Position numbers and translations under genes: made by a program. Below the pieces are notes generated by a model. The model made no database searches and had not been told where the DNA came from. It saw only the letters and a list, made by a program, of their open reading frames with translations. This document shows positions 7,674 to 17,909 of a DNA stretch of 37,033 nucleotides, piece after piece. Where the stretch lies: the sequence record SRR22947727_2651; one strand, 5' to 3'. How positions within the stretch are numbered: the first letter of the stretch is position 1; each line of letters begins with the position of its first letter.

Positions 7674-8810
7674 ATGGCGCCAAATGGCCAAACGCAAATA
7701 TTTGCACCATGGGCAGATCCAGCTGCAAAGCCGCTGATCGAGTTTCGAAACGTCAGCAAGCGCTTTGGCAATTTTACGGCCATCGATAATTTGAACCTCA
7801 GCATTTATGAGCGCGAGTTTTTTGCGCTTTTAGGCCCGTCAGGATGCGGAAAAACAACATTGATGCGGCTGCTTGCAGGCTTTGAGCCGCTCAGCGCCGG
7901 CACCATTCTTCTAGATGGTCAAGATATCTCACCGATTCCACCAAATTTACGCGCTGTAAACATGATGTTCCAATCTTATGCGCTGTTTCCGCATCTGTCT
8001 GTTTGGGAGAATATTGCGTTTGGCTTGCGGCGCGAGACGCGCGATAAAGAGGTGATATCGCAGCGGGTTGCGGAAATGCTGAGGCTGACGCGTCTGGCCA
8101 AATTTGCCAATCGGAAACCGCATCAAATTTCGGGGGGCCAACGCCAAAGGGTGGCCTTGGCACGCGCTTTGGCAAAAGCGCCAAAATTGCTTTTGCTCGA
8201 TGAACCGCTCGGCGCACTGGATAAAAAGCTGCGCAGCGAAACGCAATTTGAATTGATGGATATTCAAGAGCGCACCGGTACGACCTTTGTGATCGTGACC
8301 CACGATCAAGAAGAAGCGATGACCGTCTCCTCGCGCGTGGCGCTGATGGATGAAGGCAAAATGGTTCAAGTGGCCACGCCTTCGCAAATATACGAAGCGC
8401 CAAATTCGATTTATACCGCTGATTTTATTGGCGATGTGAATATCATTAGCGGCACAGCCAAGCCTGAAAGCCGCCAGATTTCAATTGTTTGGGATGCCGA
8501 GCACGCACCGATCATCGCCCCCTCAGATGCCAGCTTCGGCACAGATGATACCATTCATTTTGCGATCCGGCCCGAAAAAGTGGGGATTTCAGCAGAAAAG
8601 CCCGCCGCTTCTGAAAACAGCTACCAGGGTAAAATTCTGGATATTGCCTATTTGGGTAATATTTCCACCTATCACGTCGAGCTGCCTTCAGGCCATATTA
8701 TCAAGGCCCAAACCGCGAATACCCAGCGCCTGTCTGAGCGCGGGCTCACCTGGGAAGATACGGTCTGGGTTTACTTTCAAGGCAGCGCTGGCGTGCTGCT
8801 GAAAAGGTAG
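7674..8810 (+). CDS. potG: Polyamine ABC transporter ATP-binding protein
   Basis: Walker A GPSGCGKTT, signature ISGGQRQR, Walker B LLLLDEP, C-terminal TOBE domain; between potF and the permeases. Confidence 0.9.
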   Translation: MAPNGQTQIFAPWADPAAKPLIEFRNVSKRFGNFTAIDNLNLSIYEREFFALLGPSGCGKTTLMRLLAGFEPLSAGTILLDGQDISPIPPNLRAVNMMFQSYALFPHLSVWENIAFGLRRETRDKEVISQRVAEMLRLTRLAKFANRKPHQISGGQRQRVALARALAKAPKLLLLDEPLGALDKKLRSETQFELMDIQERTGTTFVIVTHDQEEAMTVSSRVALMDEGKMVQVATPSQIYEAPNSIYTADFIGDVNIISGTAKPESRQISIVWDAEHAPIIAPSDASFGTDDTIHFAIRPEKVGISAEKPAASENSYQGKILDIAYLGNISTYHVELPSGHIIKAQTANTQRLSERGLTWEDTVWVYFQGSAGVLLKR

Positions 8811-8814
8811 AGAG

Positions 8815-9705
8815 ATGCGCCGCTTCGCGATGATTTGCCTGCCGTATTTATGGCTGGTGGCGCTGTTCCTCGTGCCGTTTTTGATCGTTTTCAAAATATC
8901 ACTATCAGATATAGATCTGGCCATCCCCCCCTATACACCGCGCCTAGATTTCAACGCCGGCTGGCAGGGTTTTCTGCGCTTTTGGGCGGCGCTAGATTTT
9001 GAAAACTATGTGTTTTTAACCTCGGATGATCTCTATTGGAAAGCCTATCTGTCAAGCCTGCGCATCGCCTTCATATCAACCACGCTGACGCTGTTGATTG
9101 GATATCCAATCGCCTATGGAATCGCCCGCGCCAAAACCGAATGGCGCGCCACTTTACTGATGTTGGTTATCCTGCCCTTCTGGACCAGCTTTTTGATCCG
9201 CGTTTATGCTTGGATGGGCATTTTGGGTACTGAAGGCCTGCTTAACCAGCTGTTATTGGCGCTCGGATTAATCGAAACCCCGCTGACCATTCTGAATACC
9301 AATTGGGCGGTTTATATCGGGATCGTCTATACTTACTTGCCCTTCATGATCCTGCCCATTTACGCCAGTTTGGAGAAATTAGACAATTCTTTGCTCGAGG
9401 CGGCGATTGATTTGGGATGTTCACGCCTGCGCGCCTTCTGGCTGATCACTATGCCGCTATCTAAAAACGGCGTTGTTGCGGGATGTTTTTTGGTGTTTAT
9501 CCCCGCGCTTGGTGAATTTGTTATCCCTTCTTTACTTGGCGGCTCGCGCACCTTGATGATTGGCAAGGTCTTATGGGAGGAATTTTTCTCAAATCGAGAT
9601 TGGCCCGTGGCCTCGGCCGTGGCGATCATCCTGCTGCTTATTTTAATCATCCCGATTATTCTGTTTCAACGCAATGAGCAGAAACAGCGCGAGGGTGAGC
9701 AATGA
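8815..9705 (+). CDS. potH: Polyamine ABC transporter permease
   Basis: LVILPFWTSFLIRVYAW, EAA motif LLEAAIDLG, RDWPVASA. Confidence 0.88.
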   Translation: MRRFAMICLPYLWLVALFLVPFLIVFKISLSDIDLAIPPYTPRLDFNAGWQGFLRFWAALDFENYVFLTSDDLYWKAYLSSLRIAFISTTLTLLIGYPIAYGIARAKTEWRATLLMLVILPFWTSFLIRVYAWMGILGTEGLLNQLLLALGLIETPLTILNTNWAVYIGIVYTYLPFMILPIYASLEKLDNSLLEAAIDLGCSRLRAFWLITMPLSKNGVVAGCFLVFIPALGEFVIPSLLGGSRTLMIGKVLWEEFFSNRDWPVASAVAIILLLILIIPIILFQRNEQKQREGEQ

Positions 9706-10523
9706 AAAAGTTCACTTGGTTCAACGCCACGGCTTTAACCTTCGGTTTTGCATTTTTATATTTGCCGATGGTGATATTGGTGATTTATTCTTTCAACGCC
9801 TCAAAGCTGGTCACGGTTTGGGCGGGGTTTTCTACCAAATGGTATGGGCGGTTGCTTGAAAATGAAGCGTTTTTAGACGCGGCCTGGGTTACGCTGAAAG
9901 TGGGCTTTATTTCTTCAACTTTGGCGACTGTTCTTGGCACTTTGGCCGCCTATGTGTTGATCCGCGCCGGCAGGTTTTGGGGGCGCACGTTATTTTCCGG
10001 CATGATTTACGCGCCTTTGGTGATGCCAGAAGTGATCACCGGCCTCTCGCTTTTATTGCTGTTTATCGGGATCGGTCTAGATCGCGGTGTGTTTACAATT
10101 ATCTTGGCTCATACCACGTTTTCAATGTGCTATGTATCGGTGGTCGTGTCCTCGCGCCTTGCCAGCTTTGATCGCGCGCTCGAAGAAGCCGCGCTTGATT
10201 TGGGGTGCAGCCCGCTGCAAGCCTTCCGTTTGGTCACTTTGCCAATCATTGCACCTGCGGTGATTTCAGGGTGGTTATTGGCCTTCACCCTGTCATTGGA
10301 TGATCTGGTGATTGCCTCTTTCACTGCCGGCCCTTCGGCCACCACATTGCCAATTAAAATATTTTCCGCCGTCAGGCTTGGCGTAAGCCCAGAAATCAAC
10401 GCCTTATCCACGATTATGATCGCAATCGTCACCATTGGTGTGATCAGCGCCTCGTTGATTTCAAAGCGCGCCGCGCGCAAGCTCCAAGATGACAACGCAA
10501 TGGCAAAACGCAATCAGGGATGA
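9702..10523 (+). CDS. potI: Polyamine ABC transporter permease
   Basis: FLYLPMVILVIYSFN, PLVMPEVITG, EEAALDLG, FTLSLDD, PEINAL; ATGA overlap with potH. Confidence 0.88.
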   Translation: MKKFTWFNATALTFGFAFLYLPMVILVIYSFNASKLVTVWAGFSTKWYGRLLENEAFLDAAWVTLKVGFISSTLATVLGTLAAYVLIRAGRFWGRTLFSGMIYAPLVMPEVITGLSLLLLFIGIGLDRGVFTIILAHTTFSMCYVSVVVSSRLASFDRALEEAALDLGCSPLQAFRLVTLPIIAPAVISGWLLAFTLSLDDLVIASFTAGPSATTLPIKIFSAVRLGVSPEINALSTIMIAIVTIGVISASLISKRAARKLQDDNAMAKRNQG

Positions 10524-11848
10524 AGCGCTTATGTGAAGCCCGCGCTTATAGCGCAAAACCCGTTGCCGCCTGCTATTGGGCCAGTACAACCGATACGCCA
10601 GAGCTGGCGAACCTGACGCAAGATATCAACACAGAGATTGCCATTATAGGCGCTGGCTTTACCGGCCTATCGGCGGCGCATCATCTGGCAAAGCGCGGCG
10701 CCGATGTCACGGTGATCGAAGCCGAATTTCCCACTTTTGGGGCAACTGGGCGCAATGGCGGGTTTTGTTGCCTGGGCGGCGCGCAGGCTAAAAACGCCCA
10801 ACTGGATAAGCGCTATGGCAAAGTACAACGCCTCGCCTATCGGCGCAGCGAAGCTGCCGCGGTGGGCTTGGTCAAAACCCTATTGGCCGAGCTTAACCTT
10901 CAGGCTGATACGCATTCAAGCGGTGAAACCCTATTGGCCCATCGCGCCTCAGATTGCGACAGCTTAAAAAACAGCCGCGCTCAGATCAAAGAAGATTATG
11001 GCGTTGAGGCGCTGTTTCATAGCAAAAGTGAGCTGCGTCAATTGGGAATGCAAGGGCCGTTTCACGGCGCGTTAACGATCCCCATCGGCTTTGGTTTAAA
11101 CCCGCGTAAATATGCCTATGGTTTGCTGAGCTCTGCGGTCAAAAACGGCGGTAAAGTGTTTGTAAACAGCCCGGTAATTGATCTCAAAAAAGCGGGCGAG
11201 ACATTTCGATTGACCACGCCGCAAGGCTCGATAACGGCCGATCGGGTTATTATTGCAACCAACGCATATGCCGCTGAAGACCTGCCCGATTGGATAGCAG
11301 GGCGCTTTATGCCGCTGCATTCTTCCGTGATTGTCACCGAACCGCTAACGCCCAAGCAGATAGAAGCGCAAGGCTGGAGCAGCGCGCAAATGGCCTATGA
11401 CACCCGCCAGCTTTTGCATTATTTTCGCCTGATGCCGAACCGACAGTTTTTATTCGGAATGCGCGGCGGTCTGTTCTCAACCGACCGCTCAGAAGCTGCG
11501 ATACAAAAGCTGATTACGCGCGATTTTCATACGATGTTTCCAGCTTGGAAACGCGTCAAAATCCGGCATTTCTGGACGGGGATGGTCTGCATGACGCGGC
11601 ATCAAATTCCCTTTATCGGGGCCATTCCCAACCTCAGCGGGGCCTATGCGGGGTTTGGCTATCATGGCAATGGCGTGGCGATGGCCAGCTATGCAGGGGC
11701 GGTGCTCAGCGATTTGGTGATTGGCGGCGCACCGAATTTTGAGCGTCCAAAACTGCTGGGAACGCAGCCGCCAAAATTCCCCTTGGGGCGGTATCGGCGC
11801 CACCTTCTGGCCCCGGCCTATGCTTTGAAATATTTACAAGACCTTTAA
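10520..11848 (+). CDS. FAD-dependent oxidoreductase, PuuB/OrdL-like (gamma-glutamyl-polyamine oxidase candidate)
   Basis: Rossmann motif IIGAGFTGLSAA, GATGRNGG, GYHGNGVAM; translationally coupled to potI. Confidence 0.75.
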   Translation: MKRLCEARAYSAKPVAACYWASTTDTPELANLTQDINTEIAIIGAGFTGLSAAHHLAKRGADVTVIEAEFPTFGATGRNGGFCCLGGAQAKNAQLDKRYGKVQRLAYRRSEAAAVGLVKTLLAELNLQADTHSSGETLLAHRASDCDSLKNSRAQIKEDYGVEALFHSKSELRQLGMQGPFHGALTIPIGFGLNPRKYAYGLLSSAVKNGGKVFVNSPVIDLKKAGETFRLTTPQGSITADRVIIATNAYAAEDLPDWIAGRFMPLHSSVIVTEPLTPKQIEAQGWSSAQMAYDTRQLLHYFRLMPNRQFLFGMRGGLFSTDRSEAAIQKLITRDFHTMFPAWKRVKIRHFWTGMVCMTRHQIPFIGAIPNLSGAYAGFGYHGNGVAMASYAGAVLSDLVIGGAPNFERPKLLGTQPPKFPLGRYRRHLLAPAYALKYLQDL

Positions 11849-12765
11849 GCGGGCGGTTTGACAGCTTTGGACGCTCCGCGCTTTAATCCCAGTTGCGCCT
11901 CGCGCAAAATGATCACCAAACCCGCCATTATGATGATTCCAGCGCCAATCAGCATTTGCAATGTCGGCAATTCGTTGAAAAACACATATCCGATCATCAG
12001 CGAAAACAACATGGCGGTATATTCAAACGGTGCCACCACCGAGGCAGGCGCAAAGCGATAAGATAGGGTTAAAAATATTTGTGCAACGCCGCCGATCAGC
12101 CCGATCAAAACCAACAAAACCGTTTGCATGATACTGGGCAGCACCCAGCCAAAGGGCAGCGTACACAGCGCCACGCTGGTCGAAGTTAAACTAAAATAAA
12201 ACACGATCGCAGCAGGGTGTTCGCTAAGGGTCAACTTGCGAATATGCACATGTGCAAGCGCGATGAACGCCGCGCCCAAAAGCACCAAACCCACCCCAAA
12301 AGCGGCGCGTGGTTCAAATGGACCACTGGAAAAGACGGTCAAACGCGGCTCGATCACAACCAACACGCCGATCAACCCCAGCGCCACCGCGCAAAGGCGA
12401 AACATGCGCACTGTCTCGCCCAGCAACAGCGCCGCCAGCAGGACGGTGAGCAGCGGAGCTGTAAAGCTAATTGCGGTCACTTCGGGCAGGGGCAAAAACC
12501 CAACCGCCGCAAAGTTCAACCCCATTGCTATGGTGCCAATAACGCCGCGCCAAAAATGCCCCATCCGCGAGCGCACGCGCAAGCCGATAGATAATTCCCC
12601 CCGCAAGAGCAACCAAACCACGATCACCGGAATCGCAAAGAACGAGCGGAAAAACACCGATTGACCGGCAGGAACATCCGCCGATACCGCTTTCACCAGC
12701 GAGAGCATGATAATAAAGAGCATCACCGCACACAGTTTAAGGGCAATACCTCGAAGAGGTTGCAC
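11845..12765 (-). CDS. DMT/EamA family transporter
   Basis: 306 aa hydrophobic; VFFRS, TAISFTAPL...LLGETV, APASVVAPFEYT. Confidence 0.88.
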   Translation of the reverse strand: MQPLRGIALKLCAVMLFIIMLSLVKAVSADVPAGQSVFFRSFFAIPVIVVWLLLRGELSIGLRVRSRMGHFWRGVIGTIAMGLNFAAVGFLPLPEVTAISFTAPLLTVLLAALLLGETVRMFRLCAVALGLIGVLVVIEPRLTVFSSGPFEPRAAFGVGLVLLGAAFIALAHVHIRKLTLSEHPAAIVFYFSLTSTSVALCTLPFGWVLPSIMQTVLLVLIGLIGGVAQIFLTLSYRFAPASVVAPFEYTAMLFSLMIGYVFFNELPTLQMLIGAGIIIMAGLVIILREAQLGLKRGASKAVKPPA

Positions 12766-12815
12766 GGCACGCCTCCTTTTTTATTATCGATGCATCGCCG
12801 AGCCTCTCTGCGGCT

Positions 12816-13313
12816 TTAAGCTGAGTTTAGCAAGACCCAATCGGCGCGCGGAAAATGGCAGGTATAGCCATTGGGAACGCGCATTAAATAATCCTGATGT
12901 TCTGGTTCTGCCTCCCAGAACGGGCCAACCGGTTCCAGCTCAGTCACCACAGGGCCTGGCCAAATGCCACTGGCATTCATAGCGGCAATTCTTTGCTCTG
13001 ACGTTAGTTTTTGCTCTTCAGTTACATAATAAATGGCAGATCGATAAGACAGTCCGCGATCATTGCCTTGCCGGTTCAGCGTGCTTGGATCATGAATTTG
13101 AAAAAATACGTCCAAAAGCTGGCTGAAACGCAGCTTTTGGGGATCGTAAATCACTTCCAGCGCCTCGGCATGGGTGCCATGATTGCGATAGGTGGCATTG
13201 GGCACATCGCCCCCGGAATATCCGCAACGCGTCGAGATTACGCCCGGCAGGCGGCGGATTAAATCCTGCATGCCCCAAAAACATCCCCCCGCTAGAACCG
13301 CACGCTCACTCAT
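12816..13313 (-). CDS. msrA: Peptide methionine (S)-sulfoxide reductase
   Basis: GGCFWG active site, [25 protein letters not shown]. Confidence 0.95.
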   Translation of the reverse strand: MSERAVLAGGCFWGMQDLIRRLPGVISTRCGYSGGDVPNATYRNHGTHAEALEVIYDPQKLRFSQLLDVFFQIHDPSTLNRQGNDRGLSYRSAIYYVTEEQKLTSEQRIAAMNASGIWPGPVVTELEPVGPFWEAEPEHQDYLMRVPNGYTCHFPRADWVLLNSA

Positions 13314-13759
13314 ACCACATCCTCCACTTGATCGCGATAGGCGCCATAGCCCTCAGCCTCCAAATCATCACGATGAATAAACCGTAACGAAGCCGAGTTG
13401 ATGCAATAGCGAAGCCCCCCACGTGCTTGCGGCCCGTCTGGAAATACATGGCCCAAATGGCTATCCCCGTGCAAGCTGCGCACTTCTACACGCACCATTC
13501 CAAGGCTGCTATCACGTAATTCTTTCACATGCTGAGTTTCCACCGGCTTGGTGAAACTGGGCCAACCGCAACCGCTGTCAAATTTTGCACCCGAGGTGAA
13601 AAGCGGCTCACCCGAGACGATATCAACGTAAAGCCCAGGCTGTTTGTTGTTCAATAAAGCGCCCGTGCCCGGACGCTCGGTGCCATTTTCCTGCGTGACC
13701 CAATATTGCTCTTCACTTAAAGCGGCGATCACATCCGGATTGCGCTGATACTCTGCCAT
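13310..13759 (-). CDS. msrB: Peptide methionine (R)-sulfoxide reductase
   Basis: Start placed at MAEYQRN (13759); [29 protein letters not shown]; 4-bp overlap with msrA. Confidence 0.95.
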   Translation of the reverse strand: MAEYQRNPDVIAALSEEQYWVTQENGTERPGTGALLNNKQPGLYVDIVSGEPLFTSGAKFDSGCGWPSFTKPVETQHVKELRDSSLGMVRVEVRSLHGDSHLGHVFPDGPQARGGLRYCINSASLRFIHRDDLEAEGYGAYRDQVEDVV

Positions 13760-13786
13760 CTCATCCCCATTTTTTTCTAAGTCATA

Positions 13787-13814
13787 ATATGGGATCAAAT
13801 TTCCAAAAATAAAG
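13787..13814 (-). promoter_or_regulatory. Candidate RpoH (sigma32-type) promoter for msrBA
   Basis: The minus strand reads CTTTAT-N15-CCCATAT, close to the alphaproteobacterial RpoH consensus CTTGAA-N15/16-CCTATAT. The -35 match is imperfect. Confidence 0.4.
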
Positions 13815-13823
13815 GCTTGCGGG

Positions 13824-14699
13824 TTAAACCGCTGTACGAAATGCGCTGCGCGGGTACCCCTGAAGAAACAACAGCGCCGTCAGATCGCCGTGATTGATCC
13901 TGATATCGCATTGCGCGGCAACGCTGGGCTTGGCATGAAGCGCAACGCCGCTGCCAGCGCGTTTCAACATGCCCAGATCATTGGCCCCATCACCAACCGC
14001 CAAAACATCCTGCGCAGTGATTGAAAGCTGCGCGGTTAAACGCTCTAATGCCTCAACTTTGGCTTGCTGGCCTAAAATCGGATCGCTGACCTGCCCTGTT
14101 ACCACGCCGTGATTTACCAAAAGCTGGTTGGCGTGATGTTCATGAAAACCCAAATGCTGCGAAACTGGCTGCGTAAAAGCGGTAAATCCACCCGATACCA
14201 GCGCCGTATAAGCCCCATTGGCTTTCATCGTAGCCAGCAGCTCGGCCCCACCTGCTGTAAAGAAAATGCGGGTTTTGAGCGCCTGATCAATGATAGATGC
14301 TGGCTGCCCCTCCAGCAACGCAACGCGCGCGCGCAAAGCCTGTTCAAAATCCAGCTCACCATTCATCGCTTTTGCCGTTATGCCTTTAACCTGCGTGCCT
14401 ACACCCGCCAAATCGGCCAGCTCATCAATACATTCCTGCTGGATCATCGTGCTGTCCATATCGGCCAAAAGCAGCTTTTTGCGCCGGCCCGCCTTTGGTT
14501 GCACAACCAGATCAACGTGCATCTCCTGAAGATCTTGCCAAACCTGCCACCGGTTTTCAGGCATGGCAGCAATTTCAAATTCCGCCGCTTCACGCGGGTG
14601 CAGCCATGTGAGCTCTCGCCCGCCCCAAGCGCTGAATAAATTTCCAGCCATATCAACGCTTAAGCCACCGGGGGGGGCGATCAAACTACAGATCAACAT
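13824..14699 (-). CDS. serB: Phosphoserine phosphatase
   Basis: HAD motifs [23 protein letters not shown] and [11 protein letters not shown]; divergent from serC-serA; RBS GGAG. Confidence 0.93.
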   Translation of the reverse strand: MLICSLIAPPGGLSVDMAGNLFSAWGGRELTWLHPREAAEFEIAAMPENRWQVWQDLQEMHVDLVVQPKAGRRKKLLLADMDSTMIQQECIDELADLAGVGTQVKGITAKAMNGELDFEQALRARVALLEGQPASIIDQALKTRIFFTAGGAELLATMKANGAYTALVSGGFTAFTQPVSQHLGFHEHHANQLLVNHGVVTGQVSDPILGQQAKVEALERLTAQLSITAQDVLAVGDGANDLGMLKRAGSGVALHAKPSVAAQCDIRINHGDLTALLFLQGYPRSAFRTAV

Positions 14700-14928
14700 T
14701 TGCTCTCCTTTTTTAAGCGCCGGGCCACCGGCCTTGACGCTGCCGTTTCGTCTTTGCGCCCCTCATGCCCGAATGGCGCCGGCTTGTCACCCTGCGGCCA
14801 CGCTGTCACGCGCCCCAAAGGATGCAGTTTCAGGGATGCTGTTGCGGCCAGCATGCACGCCCCGCATGTGACACGCAGCAGCAAAAATACCTTTTCGCCC
14901 TTGTGAGCGCTTAGCCAGCGCTATAAAG

Positions 14929-14984
14929 ACGTCAGTGGGACACCCCTCCCCAACGAGGGGCGATTATCTGAAAGGGTAGCATTA
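14929..14984 (+). ncRNA. Probable serC leader cis-regulatory RNA
   Basis: Two small hairpins, GTC-agtgg-GAC (14931-14941) and CCCCTC-cccaac-GAGGGG (14943-14960), just before the serC RBS (GAAAGG). A serC leader motif is known at this position in alphaproteobacteria. No covariance model was run. Confidence 0.5.
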
Positions 14985-16139
14985 ATGGCTATTAAACAAC
15001 CGGCATCGCGGCCGGCCAATCCGCGTTTTTCATCTGGCCCTTGCGCCAAAATCCCCACTTTTGATTTAAAAAACCTTGCTGATGCGCCTTTGGGGCGCAG
15101 CCACCGCGCCGCAATTGGTAAGGCAAAGTTAAAAGCCGCGATTGACGGTACACGCGACATTCTTGGCATTCCGGATGAGTATCGCATTGGCATCGTACCG
15201 GCCTCGGATACGGGCGCTTACGAAATGGCAATGTGGTCTTTGCTGGGCGAACGCGCAGTTGAAATGCTGGCTTGGGAAAGCTTTGGGGCCGGCTGGGTCA
15301 CCGATGCGGTGAAACAGCTGAAGCTGGACGCGCGCGTGAGCATCGCCGATTATGGCGATATCGTTGATTTCAGCGCAGTCGATTTTGACAAAGATGTTTG
15401 CTTTACTTGGAATGGCACCACATCTGGCGTCTGTTTGCCCAATGGAGATATGATCCCGGCAACGCGCGAGGGTCTAACCCTATGCGATGCCACTTCAGCC
15501 GCTTTTGCCATGGATCTGCCTTGGGATAAGCTGGATGTCACAACCTTTAGCTGGCAAAAAGTAATGGGCGGGGAAGCCGCGCATGGCATGCTGATTCTAA
15601 GTCCGCGCGCGGTAGCACGCCTGGAAAGCTATACGCCCCCTTGGCCGCTTCCAAAGATTTTTCGCCTGACCAAAGCCGGCAAGCTGATTGAAGGAATTTT
15701 CAACGGCGCAACCATCAACACGCCTTCAATGTTGGCGGTTGAGGATTATCTGGTGGCATTGGATTGGGCACGCTCGGTTGGAGGATTGACCGGTTTGATC
15801 GCCCGTTCGAATAACAATGCAAATGCCATTGCTGAATTTGTTGCGCAGCATGATTGGATTGATTTTCTGGCGCAGGATCCATCCACCCGCTCAACCACTT
15901 CTGTATGTTTGAAATTCACCGATACGCGCATTCAAGATGGCAGTGCCTTCGCCAAAGCAATTGCCAAACGTTTGACGGATGAGGCGATCGCGTTTGACAT
16001 TGGCGCCTATCGCGATGCCCCTGCTGGGCTGCGCATATGGTGCGGTGCGACGGTGGAAACCAATGATATCCAGGCCATGCTGCCTTGGCTAGACTGGGCC
16101 TTCCAGCTGGAAATCACCGCTCTCATGCAAGCCGCATAA
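14985..16139 (+). CDS. serC: Phosphoserine aminotransferase (alphaproteobacterial/Methanosarcina type)
   Basis: [46 protein letters not shown] (PLP Lys), GLRIWCG. Confidence 0.95.
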   Translation: MAIKQPASRPANPRFSSGPCAKIPTFDLKNLADAPLGRSHRAAIGKAKLKAAIDGTRDILGIPDEYRIGIVPASDTGAYEMAMWSLLGERAVEMLAWESFGAGWVTDAVKQLKLDARVSIADYGDIVDFSAVDFDKDVCFTWNGTTSGVCLPNGDMIPATREGLTLCDATSAAFAMDLPWDKLDVTTFSWQKVMGGEAAHGMLILSPRAVARLESYTPPWPLPKIFRLTKAGKLIEGIFNGATINTPSMLAVEDYLVALDWARSVGGLTGLIARSNNNANAIAEFVAQHDWIDFLAQDPSTRSTTSVCLKFTDTRIQDGSAFAKAIAKRLTDEAIAFDIGAYRDAPAGLRIWCGATVETNDIQAMLPWLDWAFQLEITALMQAA

Positions 16140-16214
16140 GCCGGTTTAAACCCCCCTTTCTGGTGCAGGATTTGATCTGCTGCCATATTATTTTTTATAC
16201 AAAGGACTGCCACA

Positions 16215-17816
16215 ATGGCCCCTAAAGTACTTGTTTCTGACAAACTCTCTGAAACCGCCGTTCAAATTTTCCGCGACCGCGGCATTGATGTCGATTTTCA
16301 ACCCGATTTGGGCAAAGATAAAGACCGCCTGCTTGCGGTGATCGATCAATATGACGGGCTTGCCATCCGCTCGGCCACCAAAGTTACCGAAAAAATCATC
16401 AAGGCTGCCAAAAACTTAAAAGTGGTTGGCCGTGCCGGGATTGGCGTTGACAATGTGGATAAAGAAGCGGCCAGCAAAAAAGGCGTAATCGTGATGAATA
16501 CGCCCTTTGGCAATATGATCACCACCGCCGAACACGCCATGGCAATGATGTTCGCTGTCGCCCGGCAAATCCCCGAAGCCAATGCCTCGACACAGGTCGG
16601 AAAATGGGAAAAGTCCAAGTTTATGGGGGTCGAATTAACCGGCAAAACGCTTGGCGTGATTGGTGCCGGCAATATTGGGGGCATCGTCTGCGATCGCGCA
16701 CTGGGCCTGAAGATGAAAGTGATCGCCTATGATCCGTATTTAGGCCAAGAAAAAGCTGATAAAATGGGGGTTGAAAAAGTTGATCTAGAGGCGCTGTTAA
16801 CCCGGTCCGACTTTATCACATTGCACGTGCCCCTCACGGATCAAACCCGCAATATTCTCAGCCGTGAAAATCTGTTGAAAACCAAGAAAGGCGTGCGCAT
16901 TATCAATTGTGCGCGAGGCGGTTTGGTGGATGAAACCGCGCTATCTGAGCTGTTGCAATCGGGCCATATCGCGGGCGCCGCCTTTGATGTTTTTGCGGTA
17001 GAGCCGGCGATTGAAAATCCGCTCTTTAACCTGCCAAATGTGGTTTGTACGCCGCATTTGGGCGCCGCCACCACTGAAGCGCAAGAAAACGTGGCGCTGC
17101 AAGTGGCTGAGCAAATGTCGGATTACCTTTTAACGGGCGCGGTCAGCAACGCGCTCAACATGCCATCGGTCACCGCAGAAGAGGCCAAAGTGATGGGGCC
17201 TTGGCTGCTTTTGGCGGGGCATCTTGGCAATTTCATCGGCCAATTGACGGATGAGCCGATCAAAGCGGTGAATAGTCTTTATGACGGCTCTGTGTCAAAA
17301 ATGAATCTAGACGCGTTAAATTGCGCAGCGATTTCGGGAATCATGAAAAGGGTCAATCCTGATGTGAATATGGTCAGCGCGCCAGTGATTGCCAAAGAGC
17401 GGGGCATACAAATCAGTACGACCAATCAGGATAAATCGGGCGCTTTTGAGGGATATATCAAAGTCACCGTGGTGACGGATACGCGCGAGCGCTCGATTGC
17501 GGGCACCGTTTTCAGCGATAAGAAACCACGGTTTATCCAAATCAAAGGCATCAATATTGATGCCGAGATTGCGTCTAATATGCTCTACACCACCAATAAG
17601 GACGTGCCCGGCATTATCGGGGCTTTGGGCCTGACCTTGGGGACCAATGGCGTGAATATTGCCAACTTTACGCTGGGGCGTGCTGCGTCGGGTGGTGAAG
17701 CCATTGCGCTTTTATCGGTGGATAGCCGCGTGCCCGCACCCGTGGTCAAACAGCTGAAAGAAACCGGATTGTTCCAGCAGATCAAAACTCTGAGCTTTGA
17801 GGCTACACAAAGCTGA
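16215..17816 (+). CDS. serA: D-3-phosphoglycerate dehydrogenase with C-terminal ACT domain
   Basis: GRAGIGVDNVD, GAGNIG, INCARGG, TPHLGA; ACT domain NKDVPGIIG...NIANFTLGR. Confidence 0.95.
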   Translation: MAPKVLVSDKLSETAVQIFRDRGIDVDFQPDLGKDKDRLLAVIDQYDGLAIRSATKVTEKIIKAAKNLKVVGRAGIGVDNVDKEAASKKGVIVMNTPFGNMITTAEHAMAMMFAVARQIPEANASTQVGKWEKSKFMGVELTGKTLGVIGAGNIGGIVCDRALGLKMKVIAYDPYLGQEKADKMGVEKVDLEALLTRSDFITLHVPLTDQTRNILSRENLLKTKKGVRIINCARGGLVDETALSELLQSGHIAGAAFDVFAVEPAIENPLFNLPNVVCTPHLGAATTEAQENVALQVAEQMSDYLLTGAVSNALNMPSVTAEEAKVMGPWLLLAGHLGNFIGQLTDEPIKAVNSLYDGSVSKMNLDALNCAAISGIMKRVNPDVNMVSAPVIAKERGIQISTTNQDKSGAFEGYIKVTVVTDTRERSIAGTVFSDKKPRFIQIKGINIDAEIASNMLYTTNKDVPGIIGALGLTLGTNGVNIANFTLGRAASGGEAIALLSVDSRVPAPVVKQLKETGLFQQIKTLSFEATQS

Positions 17817-17825
17817 TCCGCTATA

Positions 17826-17854
17826 TGACAGGCGCGGCAAACCTGCGCCTGTCA
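17826..17854 (+). terminator. Stem-loop downstream of serA
   Basis: 10-bp perfect stem TGACAGGCGC / GCGCCTGTCA starting 10 bp after the stop codon; no U-tract. Confidence 0.5.
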
Positions 17855-17909
17855 CGGCCAAACAAACCTCTCGCTTTATGCCGTGAAACGCTGAAATCAA
17901 AAGGACCAA

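Noticed and set aside
14670..14677. G8 run near the serB 5' end as a slippage switch
   Set aside because: The frame is intact, the run simply encodes Ala-Pro-Pro, and the gene is a housekeeping enzyme.
14693..14906. Short ORFs (63-68 aa) in the serB/serC intergenic region as leader peptides
   Set aside because: There is no clear RBS, no recognisable motif and no marked Ser-codon run, and they overlap probable promoter sequence.
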